From Bradymonadia bacterium (GTDB lineage: Bacteria; Myxococcota_A; Bradymonadia; UBA7976; UBA1532), in contig JBILLN010000017.1 in assembly GCA_044376085.1 (NCBI GenBank), forward strand, positions 3,186 to 67,185: a DNA stretch of 64,000 nt, in the 5' to 3' direction. A model generated the notes under the pieces. It made no database searches, was not told the DNA's origin, and saw nothing but the letters and a program-made list of their open reading frames with translations. Made by a program: the position numbers and the translations under genes. Shown here one piece after another: positions 8,911-18,038 of this stretch. Position 1 is the first letter of the stretch, and every line of letters begins with the position of its first letter.

Positions 8911-9795
8911 TCAGGGACCGAAGAAGCGGAACAGGGCGCCGGTCGGTTCGACCGCCGGGGACGGACCGAGGTCCGGACGCGCGCCGGGCGCCGAAAATTC
9001 GCGGTTGATTTCGGTGTTCTCCCGGAACGTGAGCTGGGCGTGCAGGATGCCACCGAGCGCGACGAGCAGCGCACCGTATCCGAGCCCGAGCTGTGCGGCC
9101 TGATAGGCCTCGGCTCGCTCCGCATCGGACGGGGCGTAGCGCCCCGACGGCTGACGCAGGCTCTCGACGCCCTGGGCGAAGCCGATGGACAGGCCGGCGA
9201 GGACGAGCTGGGTGCCGAGGAGCAGTCCGCCCGTCACGTACTGCCCGTCCTGAAGCTGACCCGCACCGAGGGGCATCGCCGCGACGAAGCGACTGTTGCG
9301 CCGGAGCTCGACCTTCTCGACGACGGTATTGGCGCGGCGACGGCGCTCGTCCTCTTCGGCGAGCTGCTTCTCGAGCGCCGCCTTCTGGCGGGCGAGCTCC
9401 TCGGCCAGGGAAGCGCGGACGTCTTCGTAGAACTGAACCGCCGGCGGTGGCACGAGCAGCGGATCGAGGTGCTTCTCGGGTTCGAGCCGCACCAGGCGTT
9501 CGAAGTACTTGCGGGCCTCGGCTTCGCGCCGCTGGTAGAAACACGCGAGTCCGAGGAGCTCGTAGCTTCGGGCGAGGTCGACACGGTCGGCCAGGAGGCT
9601 CTTCGGCTCCACGAGCGGGGTGAGCTTGTCGATGACGCGGTCGAAGTCTCCGTAGGTGAACCACCCCTCCGCGTCGCGCAGATCGTCCGTCGGGCCGGCG
9701 AATGCGGGGCCGGCGGTCAGCAGGGCACAGAGCGCCGTGGCGAGCCGGAGCCGGTGACGCGCCGCTCGGCGAGGCGGGGTGGCACACGGGGACAT
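8911..9795 (-). CDS. Hypothetical secreted/membrane protein with a TPR-like N-terminus, a coiled coil and C-terminal TM helices.
   Basis: The signal peptide is RLRLATALCALLTAGPAFAG. An acidic coiled-coil stretch (ARQKAALEKQLAEEDERRRR) is present. Two hydrophobic segments follow. The gene lies between the kinase and activator genes with 14-nt and 32-nt gaps. Confidence 0.45.
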   Translation of the reverse strand: MSPCATPPRRAARHRLRLATALCALLTAGPAFAGPTDDLRDAEGWFTYGDFDRVIDKLTPLVEPKSLLADRVDLARSYELLGLACFYQRREAEARKYFERLVRLEPEKHLDPLLVPPPAVQFYEDVRASLAEELARQKAALEKQLAEEDERRRRANTVVEKVELRRNSRFVAAMPLGAGQLQDGQYVTGGLLLGTQLVLAGLSIGFAQGVESLRQPSGRYAPSDAERAEAYQAAQLGLGYGALLVALGGILHAQLTFRENTEINREFSAPGARPDLGPSPAVEPTGALFRFFGP

Positions 9796-9809
9796 CGGTC
9801 GTTCGGCGC

Positions 9810-11636
9810 TCAGAAATCCACGGTTTCGGTGGTGGTCTTGCCGGCCGCGAGGCTCACGTCGCGGGTCTGGAGGCTAACCCCGGGCTCCCCGATGGTCAAG
9901 CGGAGGGCCTGTCGGATCGCGGTCATCGGCACTTCGATCTCCGCGTTGGTCTGCCCGAGCAACTGGCCGTCGGATTTCCGTCGGACCGGGGCGTCTCTGT
10001 TCGAGGCGATGCGCAGCCGCGCGGGGAGGGGGCTGCACCGGGCGACGAGCGGGGGGACGCGTTCCTGACCCGGTTCGATCACGACCGGCAGGAGCAGTCG
10101 CTGGCAGGATTCGTGCCGGATGTCCACGACATGCTGGCCGGGGGCGAGGAGCAGGCCCTCGGCGCGCTTGACCTCGTACATGTAGCCGTGACGTGCGCCG
10201 TCGACGTAGACGTGGCTGCTCATCAGATCGGCGCGGACGTCGACCCGGACCGGACGGGCGGGCGGGGTGACGGACGGGGCGGTCGGGGCGGCGCTGCGAG
10301 GCCCCGGAGGCGGTCGACTCGGGCGCGCGGCGACGGAGGCGGGCGCCGACGGGGGCGCGGTGGTGGGGGGCGTCGTGCCGGGGACGGGCCCGCTCGGCGG
10401 CGGGGGGGCGCTCGGCCGAGTGGCCGGGGTGGAAGGGGGCGCAGCGGAACTCGCCGCCACGGGCGCGGGCTGCAGGTCCGGTGGCGGGTCCGGAGCGGGC
10501 GCCGGCCAGAAGGCGACGACCGTCGCGACCGCGGCGGTCGTCGCCACGCCCCCGAGCAGGCCGACGACGAAGCGGCGCCGGCGATGCCCGCGTTCGATGC
10601 GGGTCAGGAGCGCTCGTGCGGCGGGATGGGTCTCGTCGAGGGCGAGCACCCGGTCCAGGAAGTCGAGGGCGCGCGCCGTCTGCTTCGCCGCGAGCGCGCG
10701 CTCGGCGGCGGCGAGGTAGGGCGGGATGACGCGCTGCGGCAGGGCGTCTTCGTAGGCGACGGGGTGGTCGAAATAGGCGGCGAGCTCCTTGGGCAGGTCA
10801 CCGAGACCGGCCTCCGCGAGCTGTGCCCGGAGCGCGTCCGCCACCACCCGGGCCCGCTGCGGTCGGTCGGCGGGATCCCGCTGGAGGCACTGCTCGATCA
10901 GCCGTGCCAGGGGTTTGCCCGCCGTCGGGCGTCGCTGCAGGACCGGGTCGAAACGACACTCGAGAATGCGACGAAACAGCGCGGCGGGATTGGGGCCGGT
11001 GAAGGGAAGAACGCCGCACACGAGCCAGTAGAGCACCGTACCCGCGCTGAAGACGTCCGCGCGGGCCGTCACGTTCTGGCCGTCGACGACCTCGGGGGCC
11101 ATGTGGGCGGGCGAACCCAGAATCGTGCCCGTTTGCGTGAGCGTCTCCATGTCCACGAGCTGCGCGATGCCGAAGTCCATCAGAATCGGCAGACCGTTGC
11201 GCGCGATCATCACGTTCTCGGGTTTGACGTCCCGGTGAACGATGCCGGACTCGTGCGCGTGGTCGAGCGCGTCGAAGAGGGGAACGGCCAGCAGGGCGGC
11301 CACCTCGGTGCGGCGCAGCGGGTGCTCGTCGACGAACGCCCGCAGCGTGGGGCCGTCGATGAACTCCGAGACGATGTACGCGCGCTCGGAATCCGGCGGC
11401 GCGAAGTCGAAGACCTCCAGGATGCTGGGATGGTGCAACCGGGCCACCGCCTGCGCCTCGCGCTCGAACCGCTCGCGAGACTCGGCCCGGGCGGCGAGGT
11501 GGGGGTGAAGCACCTTCAACGCCACCGTCCGCCCCAGGGCGGGATCGCGGGCGCGGTAGACGACGGACATTCCGCCCCGCCCGATCTCGCGATCTATCTC
11601 GTAGCGGCCGAGCCGCTGTGGCGTTGACGTATCCAT
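9810..11636 (-). CDS. Hanks-type Ser/Thr protein kinase with one TM helix and a Pro/Ala-rich extracytoplasmic C-terminal region.
   Basis: Kinase motifs present: GRGGMSVVY, VALKVL, HRDVKPENV, DFGIA and APE. A TM segment (FVVGLLGGVATTAAVATVVAF) follows the kinase domain. The start was set at MDTSTPQRLGRYEI. Confidence 0.8.
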   Translation of the reverse strand: MDTSTPQRLGRYEIDREIGRGGMSVVYRARDPALGRTVALKVLHPHLAARAESRERFEREAQAVARLHHPSILEVFDFAPPDSERAYIVSEFIDGPTLRAFVDEHPLRRTEVAALLAVPLFDALDHAHESGIVHRDVKPENVMIARNGLPILMDFGIAQLVDMETLTQTGTILGSPAHMAPEVVDGQNVTARADVFSAGTVLYWLVCGVLPFTGPNPAALFRRILECRFDPVLQRRPTAGKPLARLIEQCLQRDPADRPQRARVVADALRAQLAEAGLGDLPKELAAYFDHPVAYEDALPQRVIPPYLAAAERALAAKQTARALDFLDRVLALDETHPAARALLTRIERGHRRRRFVVGLLGGVATTAAVATVVAFWPAPAPDPPPDLQPAPVAASSAAPPSTPATRPSAPPPPSGPVPGTTPPTTAPPSAPASVAARPSRPPPGPRSAAPTAPSVTPPARPVRVDVRADLMSSHVYVDGARHGYMYEVKRAEGLLLAPGQHVVDIRHESCQRLLLPVVIEPGQERVPPLVARCSPLPARLRIASNRDAPVRRKSDGQLLGQTNAEIEVPMTAIRQALRLTIGEPGVSLQTRDVSLAAGKTTTETVDF

Positions 11637-11800
11637 CCCGACCGTGACCCGTTGGGGCACCCGCGTCCGGGGAGAGTAAAGCCGGCGGTGTCGCGGCACC
11701 AGCAGGTCCTGAAGGTTCCTGCCCACTTGGCCCGCGCGCAGGGTTTACAAGGCGGCCGACCCGGTGGATAGTCCCTGGGAACGCTGGTCGACGGGTCCCC

Positions 11801-12202
11801 ATGGCGGATGAGAAAGAAAAGAAGAACATCCTCGTCATCGAGGACGAGGGCCACGTGCGAACGCTCGTCAGCCGACTCCTCGAGAAGAACGGGTACACCG
11901 TCCGGACGGCCGAGGACGGCCTCGACGGGTTGCGCGCGCTCGAGGTTTTCCGCCCGGACCTCATCATCGCGGACGTGATGATGCCCAACCTCGACGGCCT
12001 CACCTTCACCAAGGCCCTCAAGAACCGCCGCGAGACGAAGGCCATCCCGGTGATCTTCCTGACGGCCAAGACGGACCCGCTCTCGATGATCGAGGGCATC
12101 AACGTCGGTGCGAAGTTCTACATCACCAAACCGTTCCAGATCGAAGACGTGCTCGCGAAGGTCAAGAAGGTCCTGACCGAGCGCGGTCACCGCATCGACT
12201 GA
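11801..12202 (+). CDS. Single-domain response regulator (CheY-like receiver).
   Basis: It has acidic residues (EDE) near the N-terminus, the phospho-acceptor context DLIIADVMMPNLDG, and the conserved T (LTAKT) and K (ITKPF) residues. Confidence 0.85.
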   Translation: MADEKEKKNILVIEDEGHVRTLVSRLLEKNGYTVRTAEDGLDGLRALEVFRPDLIIADVMMPNLDGLTFTKALKNRRETKAIPVIFLTAKTDPLSMIEGINVGAKFYITKPFQIEDVLAKVKKVLTERGHRID

Positions 12203-13359
12203 GGTCGGCCGGCCTCGGTCGGGCCGGGCTCCGGCGGTCGTGCGGCGATGCGCTGCACGATGATCTCGATTCGGCGGTTTCGACTGCGTCCGTCCCGAGT
12301 GCCGTTGTCTGCAATCGGGTCCTCGCCACCTCGACCGACCACGGTGAGGCGGTGGGCGCCGATGCCGCGCTCCACCAGACGGTCCCGGATGGCCGTGGCG
12401 CGACCGGCGCTCGTCGCGAGGGCGGCCGCGACATCGGCTCGCGCGTCGGTGTGCCCCTCCACCCGGAGGGCGAGGGCCTCGGTGGTCGCCAGCAAGGCGG
12501 CGACCCGGTCGACGTAGGGCAGACGATGCGGCATCACGGCCTGGGAACCGTCGGCGAAGAGCTGGCGCATCGTCAGAACGAGGCCGCGTCCTTCGAGGCG
12601 GGCCTCGAGCTCGGGGACGCCGCTGGCCTGCGCCAGGAGTCCGCGGAGTTGCTCCTCGACCGCCTGGCGTCGCCCTTCCTCGGCAAATCGCGGCGTCACG
12701 TCGGACAGCAGACGCTGGGAATGCAGCGTGGCGCGGTCTACGGCCAGCTGTCGCTCCGCGGGTCCCGTGCGGCCGTCCTCGAGGGCGGCGAGCGCGCCTT
12801 GCAGGGCGTGCAGGGCCTGCAGATCGTCGGCCGGGGCGAGTCGGGCCGAAGCGCGTGCGTCTGCAAGGCGGAGCGCGGAGAGCGCTTCTGCGAGCCGCTG
12901 GCCATCGGGCGACGCGCGGCGACCGGCGAGACGGGTCTCCATCTCGGCGAAACGGGCGGCCCGCTCGACCCCTTCGATGGCCGTGCGTTCCCGTCGACGA
13001 GCGTCGGCGAGGCGTTCGTCCATCAGTCGTTGGCGGTTCAGCACCTCGGCCAGGCGCATCTGGTGGGTCTTGCGCTGGGCGTAGGCCTCCGCGGCCAGGA
13101 ACTGCCACCGCGCGAGACGGGCAAGGTGCGCGGCCTCCTCGAACCGTCCGGCATCGTCGGCGGCCTCGGCCTGCAGGAAGAGCGCATCGGCGGTCGCCGT
13201 GAGCTTCGGCAGCGTCCGGGCGACGTCGTCGCCGGCCGGCGACGCCCGGAGGCGTTTGTACTCCCGCAGATCGGAGATGCCTCGCGTGCCGCCGCAGGCC
13301 GCGAGCAGGGAAACCAGCACGGCGAGGGCCGCCGTGACGCCCGGTCCCGTAGGCCTCAC
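12187..13359 (-). CDS. OmpA/MotB-domain lipoprotein.
   Basis: The signal peptide ends in the LAACG lipobox. A long Ala/Arg-rich coiled-coil region is present. The C-terminal OmpA-like peptidoglycan-binding domain is LVLTMRQ...VEGHTD...NRRIEI. Confidence 0.7.
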   Translation of the reverse strand: MRPTGPGVTAALAVLVSLLAACGGTRGISDLREYKRLRASPAGDDVARTLPKLTATADALFLQAEAADDAGRFEEAAHLARLARWQFLAAEAYAQRKTHQMRLAEVLNRQRLMDERLADARRRERTAIEGVERAARFAEMETRLAGRRASPDGQRLAEALSALRLADARASARLAPADDLQALHALQGALAALEDGRTGPAERQLAVDRATLHSQRLLSDVTPRFAEEGRRQAVEEQLRGLLAQASGVPELEARLEGRGLVLTMRQLFADGSQAVMPHRLPYVDRVAALLATTEALALRVEGHTDARADVAAALATSAGRATAIRDRLVERGIGAHRLTVVGRGGEDPIADNGTRDGRSRNRRIEIIVQRIAARPPEPGPTEAGRPQSMR

Positions 13360-13826
13360 GGAGCGGCCGAGCCCGGGGCGGCGGTCCGCAGACGGTCCTC
13401 GGCGGCCCGGGCGCGGACCTCCGCTTCGGTCATGACGAGCGCCGTCTGGGCCAACTGCGCCTCGGCGCGGCCGAGCGCGACCTCGACTTCGACCTGCGAG
13501 AGCAGCGCGTCCACCATGTCCATCTGCGCGGAGACTTCCGCCCGGAGCTGATCGAACCGGCCGAGGTCGTTCCGCGCAAGCGCGAGGGAGGCCGCTTGCA
13601 GGTTCTTCTTCACGGCGACGAGGGGCGCGCCGATCCGGCCTCGGGCCGTGCCGAGTTCGGCGCCCCCGGCGTCGCCCCCCTCGAGCCGATGGATGCGGAG
13701 CAACTGCTCGACGAGGAAGGCCCGGCGCGACTCGACGACGACGGGCTCGGCGCCGTGGGCCGCCGGCGCCAGCACGGCGATCAGACCGGGGAGGGCCGCC
13801 GTCGCAATCCGGGACCGGGCCCGCAC
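13356..13826 (-). CDS. Hypothetical secreted coiled-coil protein.
   Basis: A signal peptide is present (ATAALPGLIAVLAPAAHGA). Its start lies 5 nt after the prkA stop, and its stop overlaps the next start (ATGA). Confidence 0.4.
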   Translation of the reverse strand: MRARSRIATAALPGLIAVLAPAAHGAEPVVVESRRAFLVEQLLRIHRLEGGDAGGAELGTARGRIGAPLVAVKKNLQAASLALARNDLGRFDQLRAEVSAQMDMVDALLSQVEVEVALGRAEAQLAQTALVMTEAEVRARAAEDRLRTAAPGSAAP

Positions 13827-13831
13827 GGTGG

Positions 13832-16066
13832 TCAGCTCGCCCGGTGGCGCTGTTTCAGGAGCGCGCCCACGACGTCCCGGGCGACCGCCGGGGCGTACCC
13901 GAAGTCGTCGTTCAGGCGGGCGAGGGTCGAGTCGACGACCGTCCGCTCCTCGTCGGTGAGGTGGGCACCGTCGTCGAGGAGCGCCGCCAGCAGGTTCTTC
14001 TTGATGCGGTCCGCCGCCTGCCGCTTCTCCTCGTAGAACGAGTCGGTGAGGCGGGCATGCTGATCACCGAAGATCTCGACGAGATCGAAGGTGGCGTCGG
14101 GGTGGTCCATGCGCCAGGCCCCGATGCGATGCAGCACGCCGCCGCGGACGTCCTGCGGGGAACCATCCTGGCCGAGCCGCCGCTCGACGTCGCGCATCAG
14201 GCCCTCGTCGGGGTCTTCGTAGCGGCCCGTCAGGGGGTTGAGGCGCTTCTCCTTCTTGACCCAGTGGGTGACGTGCTCGACGTAGCGCTTGAAGAGGTCG
14301 GCCGTGCGGTCGGCGTCGATGAGCCCCATCGCCTGATGCAGCTCTTCCTCCAGGAGAGCGTAGTACCACTCCCGGACGGCGTCGACGAAGACCTCGGGCT
14401 TCTGGTAGTCGCCGTCCGGTTCCACGCGCAACCAGTCGTAGATCTGGGCCTGCTTGCAGAGATCGGTCAGCTCGTCGAAGAGCGCCACGGGGGAGAGGCA
14501 CGCGTGACCTTCGCGCCGGGCGGCGCCGAGCAGCGCGGCCTTGATCTCCCGCGGGCTGGCGCCCAGGCGCCCTTCGTACGGTTTGCCGGGCTCCGATTCG
14601 CGATGCAGGACGGGAATGTACGTGCGCAGCTCGTTCACGACGTCCCGCGGCAGGCCCCCGGGCACTTTGCCGCGCGCGTAGAGTTCGGCCTTCTGCAGGG
14701 GCGTGAGGCGGGCGAGCGACTTGCGCAGGGGCGTCGGGGCGAGCTCGGCGACGGGGCGCCGCAAGCGCGTGAGCACGGCCCACAGCGCGGCGACCGTCTC
14801 CGTGTGGGGGGCGACCGCGCGCCGGATGACGGCCGGAGAGAGCTGCTGACGGTAGATCCGGGCCTCCTCCGTGTAGTCCGTCAGATACGGGACACGGACC
14901 AGCTCGATGCGGGCCTTGAAGCTGGCGAAATCGCCCATCTCCGTGAAGGCGTCGAGGTGGTTCGCATTGCTGCTCCCGATGAAGACCGCGTCGAGGTGCA
15001 GGGTCATCATGTCGAGGCTGGCCGTGCCCTTCTCGCACGTCGACAGGATGTACTTGAAGGCCTCGATCGGCCGCTTGAGCAGGTCGTTGAACTCCAGCAC
15101 GCCCCGGTTCGCGTCGACGAGATCACCCACCGCTTCGTAGAGATTCAGGTTCTGGAGCGAGGGGGGAAGCGCCGAAACGCTGCGGTCCGCCGTGATCTGG
15201 CGCGCCCCGGCGTCCACCCGCATCTGCGGATCGACCGTGACGGCGGCGGCCCGGTACCGGCGCGAGATGTGGAAGCGCTCGACCTGGACGTGGCGCAGCA
15301 CCTCGCCCAGATCGCCGCCCGAGGCCTTCAGGAGGGCGTCGAAGATCGCCCGGGAGCGGGGCGAGAGGTCGCCTTCCGCCAGGGCGTCCGGCAGGGGCGC
15401 ATCCGGACCGAGGAGGCCTCGGAGGAACTCGATCCTGGCCTCGCGGGGCAGCAGCAGGAGGGGGTGGTCCCGCAGCTCGCTGCGGATGCGGGCGTCGACG
15501 TCGGCGTCACCGAGGTGCGCGAACGTTTCCAGATTCTGAACGCCGCTCTGCGCCCCGAAGCCGATGCTGGAGCGTTCCAGCTTGCGGGTCGGGAAGACCC
15601 AATTGAACGTGTAGAGCGCGCCCTCGGGCTCGCGGCTGTAGTGCTCGAGGGCCCGCAGCACGCAGGCGATGAAACTGCTCTTCGCGCTGCCGTTCGGCCC
15701 GTGCAGCAGGATCAGCTTGTTGACCCGGCCCTCGCGCACGAAGTCCTGGACGAGGCCGAAGACCTGCTCCTGGACCGCTTCGTGCCCGATGAGGGGGTCG
15801 CGCCCGCCGTCGAACGGACAGTCGAAGAGTTTGAAGCGGGTCAGCTTGCCGTAGGGTCGCTCGAGCTTCTCCGTGCCGTAGTAGAGAAAGCAGTCGCGCA
15901 GATACGTGGCGGCGTCGCGGGCCTGGTGAGCGGGCGCCTGGCGGACCACCTCCAGGTAGTCGGCGAACGAGAGGAGGCTCTTCTCCGCCACGAACCGCTC
16001 CCGCGTCCGGGCGATGGTCGCGTCGAGGAACGCCCCGGAGCCGGGGACGGGTGCGGGATCGGGCAT
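13832..16066 (-). CDS. prkA: PrkA-family serine protein kinase (YeaG-like; AAA+ domain plus kinase domain).
   Basis: The P-loop LILLHGPNGSAKSS is present. The long PrkA-specific N-terminal segment is FDGGRDPLIGHEAVQEQ. The length and overall order match PrkA/YeaG. Confidence 0.8.
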   Translation of the reverse strand: MPDPAPVPGSGAFLDATIARTRERFVAEKSLLSFADYLEVVRQAPAHQARDAATYLRDCFLYYGTEKLERPYGKLTRFKLFDCPFDGGRDPLIGHEAVQEQVFGLVQDFVREGRVNKLILLHGPNGSAKSSFIACVLRALEHYSREPEGALYTFNWVFPTRKLERSSIGFGAQSGVQNLETFAHLGDADVDARIRSELRDHPLLLLPREARIEFLRGLLGPDAPLPDALAEGDLSPRSRAIFDALLKASGGDLGEVLRHVQVERFHISRRYRAAAVTVDPQMRVDAGARQITADRSVSALPPSLQNLNLYEAVGDLVDANRGVLEFNDLLKRPIEAFKYILSTCEKGTASLDMMTLHLDAVFIGSSNANHLDAFTEMGDFASFKARIELVRVPYLTDYTEEARIYRQQLSPAVIRRAVAPHTETVAALWAVLTRLRRPVAELAPTPLRKSLARLTPLQKAELYARGKVPGGLPRDVVNELRTYIPVLHRESEPGKPYEGRLGASPREIKAALLGAARREGHACLSPVALFDELTDLCKQAQIYDWLRVEPDGDYQKPEVFVDAVREWYYALLEEELHQAMGLIDADRTADLFKRYVEHVTHWVKKEKRLNPLTGRYEDPDEGLMRDVERRLGQDGSPQDVRGGVLHRIGAWRMDHPDATFDLVEIFGDQHARLTDSFYEEKRQAADRIKKNLLAALLDDGAHLTDEERTVVDSTLARLNDDFGYAPAVARDVVGALLKQRHRAS

Positions 16067-16075
16067 GGGAGTCCT

Positions 16076-16579
16076 TCAGGGTTTGACGTCGACGTCCCAG
16101 GAGAGCTTTTCGTCCCGGATGAGCTTGCACGTCGTGTCGTTGCAGACGGAAAAGTCGCCGAGACCCGCGAGCGTGGCCTTGCCGGCGGCGCCCGCGCTGA
16201 ACGCCACGCTGAACCGGAGGTGAGCCTCGGTGAGCTCGGCGTCGTCCTTGGTGAGATCGGGCTTGGTCACCGTCACGCCGGCCGGCGGCGTGACGCGCAG
16301 GCGCGCCGGGAACTCGAGGTTCATGTGGAAGCCCGGGGCCGGTCGGACTTCGATCACGCTCGTCGCCGGCTTGCCGGCCACGGCGGCGCCTGGGGCGATG
16401 TGCACCGTGTACGGGGCGGCGGCGGAAGGGGTGGCGGCGGCCGCGGAGGCGGCTGCGCTCGGCGCGGGCGTCGCCGCGGAGGGCGCGGCCGGAGCGACTG
16501 GTTTCGCCGCCTCCGGAGCGCCCTGACAGGCGAGCGTGGTGGCGAGGGTGCAGACCGCGACGAAAGAGATTCGAATCAT
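16076..16579 (-). CDS. Small lipoprotein.
   Basis: The signal peptide ends in the TLACQ lipobox, followed by an Ala/Pro-rich linker. The stop lies 9 nt upstream of the prkA start. Confidence 0.5.
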   Translation of the reverse strand: MIRISFVAVCTLATTLACQGAPEAAKPVAPAAPSAATPAPSAAASAAAATPSAAAPYTVHIAPGAAVAGKPATSVIEVRPAPGFHMNLEFPARLRVTPPAGVTVTKPDLTKDDAELTEAHLRFSVAFSAGAAGKATLAGLGDFSVCNDTTCKLIRDEKLSWDVDVKP

Positions 16580-16721
16580 GCGTTGACCCGGGGCCGACCG
16601 CGGCCCGTAGAAGCGCGGGGCGCTGGTGCGGCGGGATGCCGCGCACCGCCCACGACGCCGCGGGATCTAACACCCGGGCCGGTGGATTGCAACGGGACCT
16701 CCGCCGCGCTATCCGTAGCGG

Positions 16722-18038
16722 ATGCGAAGGCCGCGCTGGCTCGGACCGTACCGATTGCTGTACCGGATTGCCTCGGGCGGCATGGCGGAGATCTATCGCG
16801 GCGCGCGGACGCTGCCCGACGGGACGGTCTGCCCGGTCGCGGTGAAGTGCATCCTGCCGCTCTACACGAGCGATCCCGAGTTCGTCGGGATGCTCGAGGA
16901 CGAGGCCCGGACCTGCGGCCTGCTCGACCACCCCAACATCGCCCGGATCTACGAGCTCGCCAACGTCGACGAACAGTGTTTCCTGGCGATGGAGTTCGTC
17001 GACGGCATGGATCTGCGCTCCATCGTTCGCCGGGGTCGCGAACGCGATGCCGAACTCCTGCCCGCGTGGGCCGTCCACATCGTCGAGCGCGCCCTCCGCG
17101 GCCTGCAGGCCGCACACGCGCAGGGCGTCGTTCACCGTGACTTCACCCCGTCGAACATCCTGGTGAGTTACCAGGGCGAGGTGAAACTCATCGACTTCGG
17201 CATCGCGAAGGCGGCCCACAACCGCTCCCAGACCCGCAGCGGGGTGATCAAGGGCAAGGTTCGCTACATGAGCCCCGAGCAGACGATGGGGAAGCGCCTC
17301 GACGCGCGCTCGGACGTCTTTGCGGCGGGCGTGGTGCTGTACGAGGCGATCACCGGTCACGCGCCGTTCCACGCACCGGACGACGTCTCGCTGATGGAGG
17401 CCATCCGCAACCAGGAGCCCGATCCGCCGTCGCACCATCACGGAGGCCTGCCGCCCGCCCTCGACGCCGTGTTGGCCCGCGCCCTCGCGAAGGAGATCGA
17501 CGCCCGCTTCCCGACGGCCGCGATGTTCGCCGACGCGCTCGCACCCCTGCTCGGCGAAATGGCCCCGGGATTCGAACCGTCGGAGCTCGGCGCGTTCCTC
17601 TGCCGGATCTTCGCACGGGAGCGACGGGAGGCGGAGGAACAGCTCAGCGAGTTCGATCTCGACGTGAGCCCCGACGACCTCACGCCGACCGGCGCTCGCC
17701 AGGGATACACCCGGCTGGTCGGGATCGGTCCGTTCGCGGAGCAGCCGCCCGGCGAGGATCTGCGAGACGTGGTCGACGAGTGGCTCGCCGCGCGTCGGGC
17801 CGCCCGCGCGAGCGACGTTCCGGGCGCCGGCGCCCCCGTCGAGGCCACGCCGGCGGCGAACGGCGAAGAGAGTCCGTGGTCCGGCGACGTCCGCCCGGTC
17901 TGGGTCGAAGAGACGGGTCGGACGCTGGAACTCGAAGCCATTCACAGCGCCCTGCACGAGACCGGCGAAACCGAACGCCCGGATACCGGCGTCTTCGAAC
18001 GAGAGAACGAAACGACGACCCGGAACCCCACCGAATGA
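16722..18038 (+). CDS. Hanks-type Ser/Thr kinase homolog with a degenerate catalytic loop (HRDFTPSN).
   Basis: The VAVKCI lysine, the alpha-C glutamate, DFG and SPEQ are present. The glycine loop is SGGMAEIY (third Gly replaced by Ala). The catalytic loop is HRDFTPSN, lacking the Lys of HRDLKxxN. Confidence 0.75.
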   Translation: MRRPRWLGPYRLLYRIASGGMAEIYRGARTLPDGTVCPVAVKCILPLYTSDPEFVGMLEDEARTCGLLDHPNIARIYELANVDEQCFLAMEFVDGMDLRSIVRRGRERDAELLPAWAVHIVERALRGLQAAHAQGVVHRDFTPSNILVSYQGEVKLIDFGIAKAAHNRSQTRSGVIKGKVRYMSPEQTMGKRLDARSDVFAAGVVLYEAITGHAPFHAPDDVSLMEAIRNQEPDPPSHHHGGLPPALDAVLARALAKEIDARFPTAAMFADALAPLLGEMAPGFEPSELGAFLCRIFARERREAEEQLSEFDLDVSPDDLTPTGARQGYTRLVGIGPFAEQPPGEDLRDVVDEWLAARRAARASDVPGAGAPVEATPAANGEESPWSGDVRPVWVEETGRTLELEAIHSALHETGETERPDTGVFERENETTTRNPTE

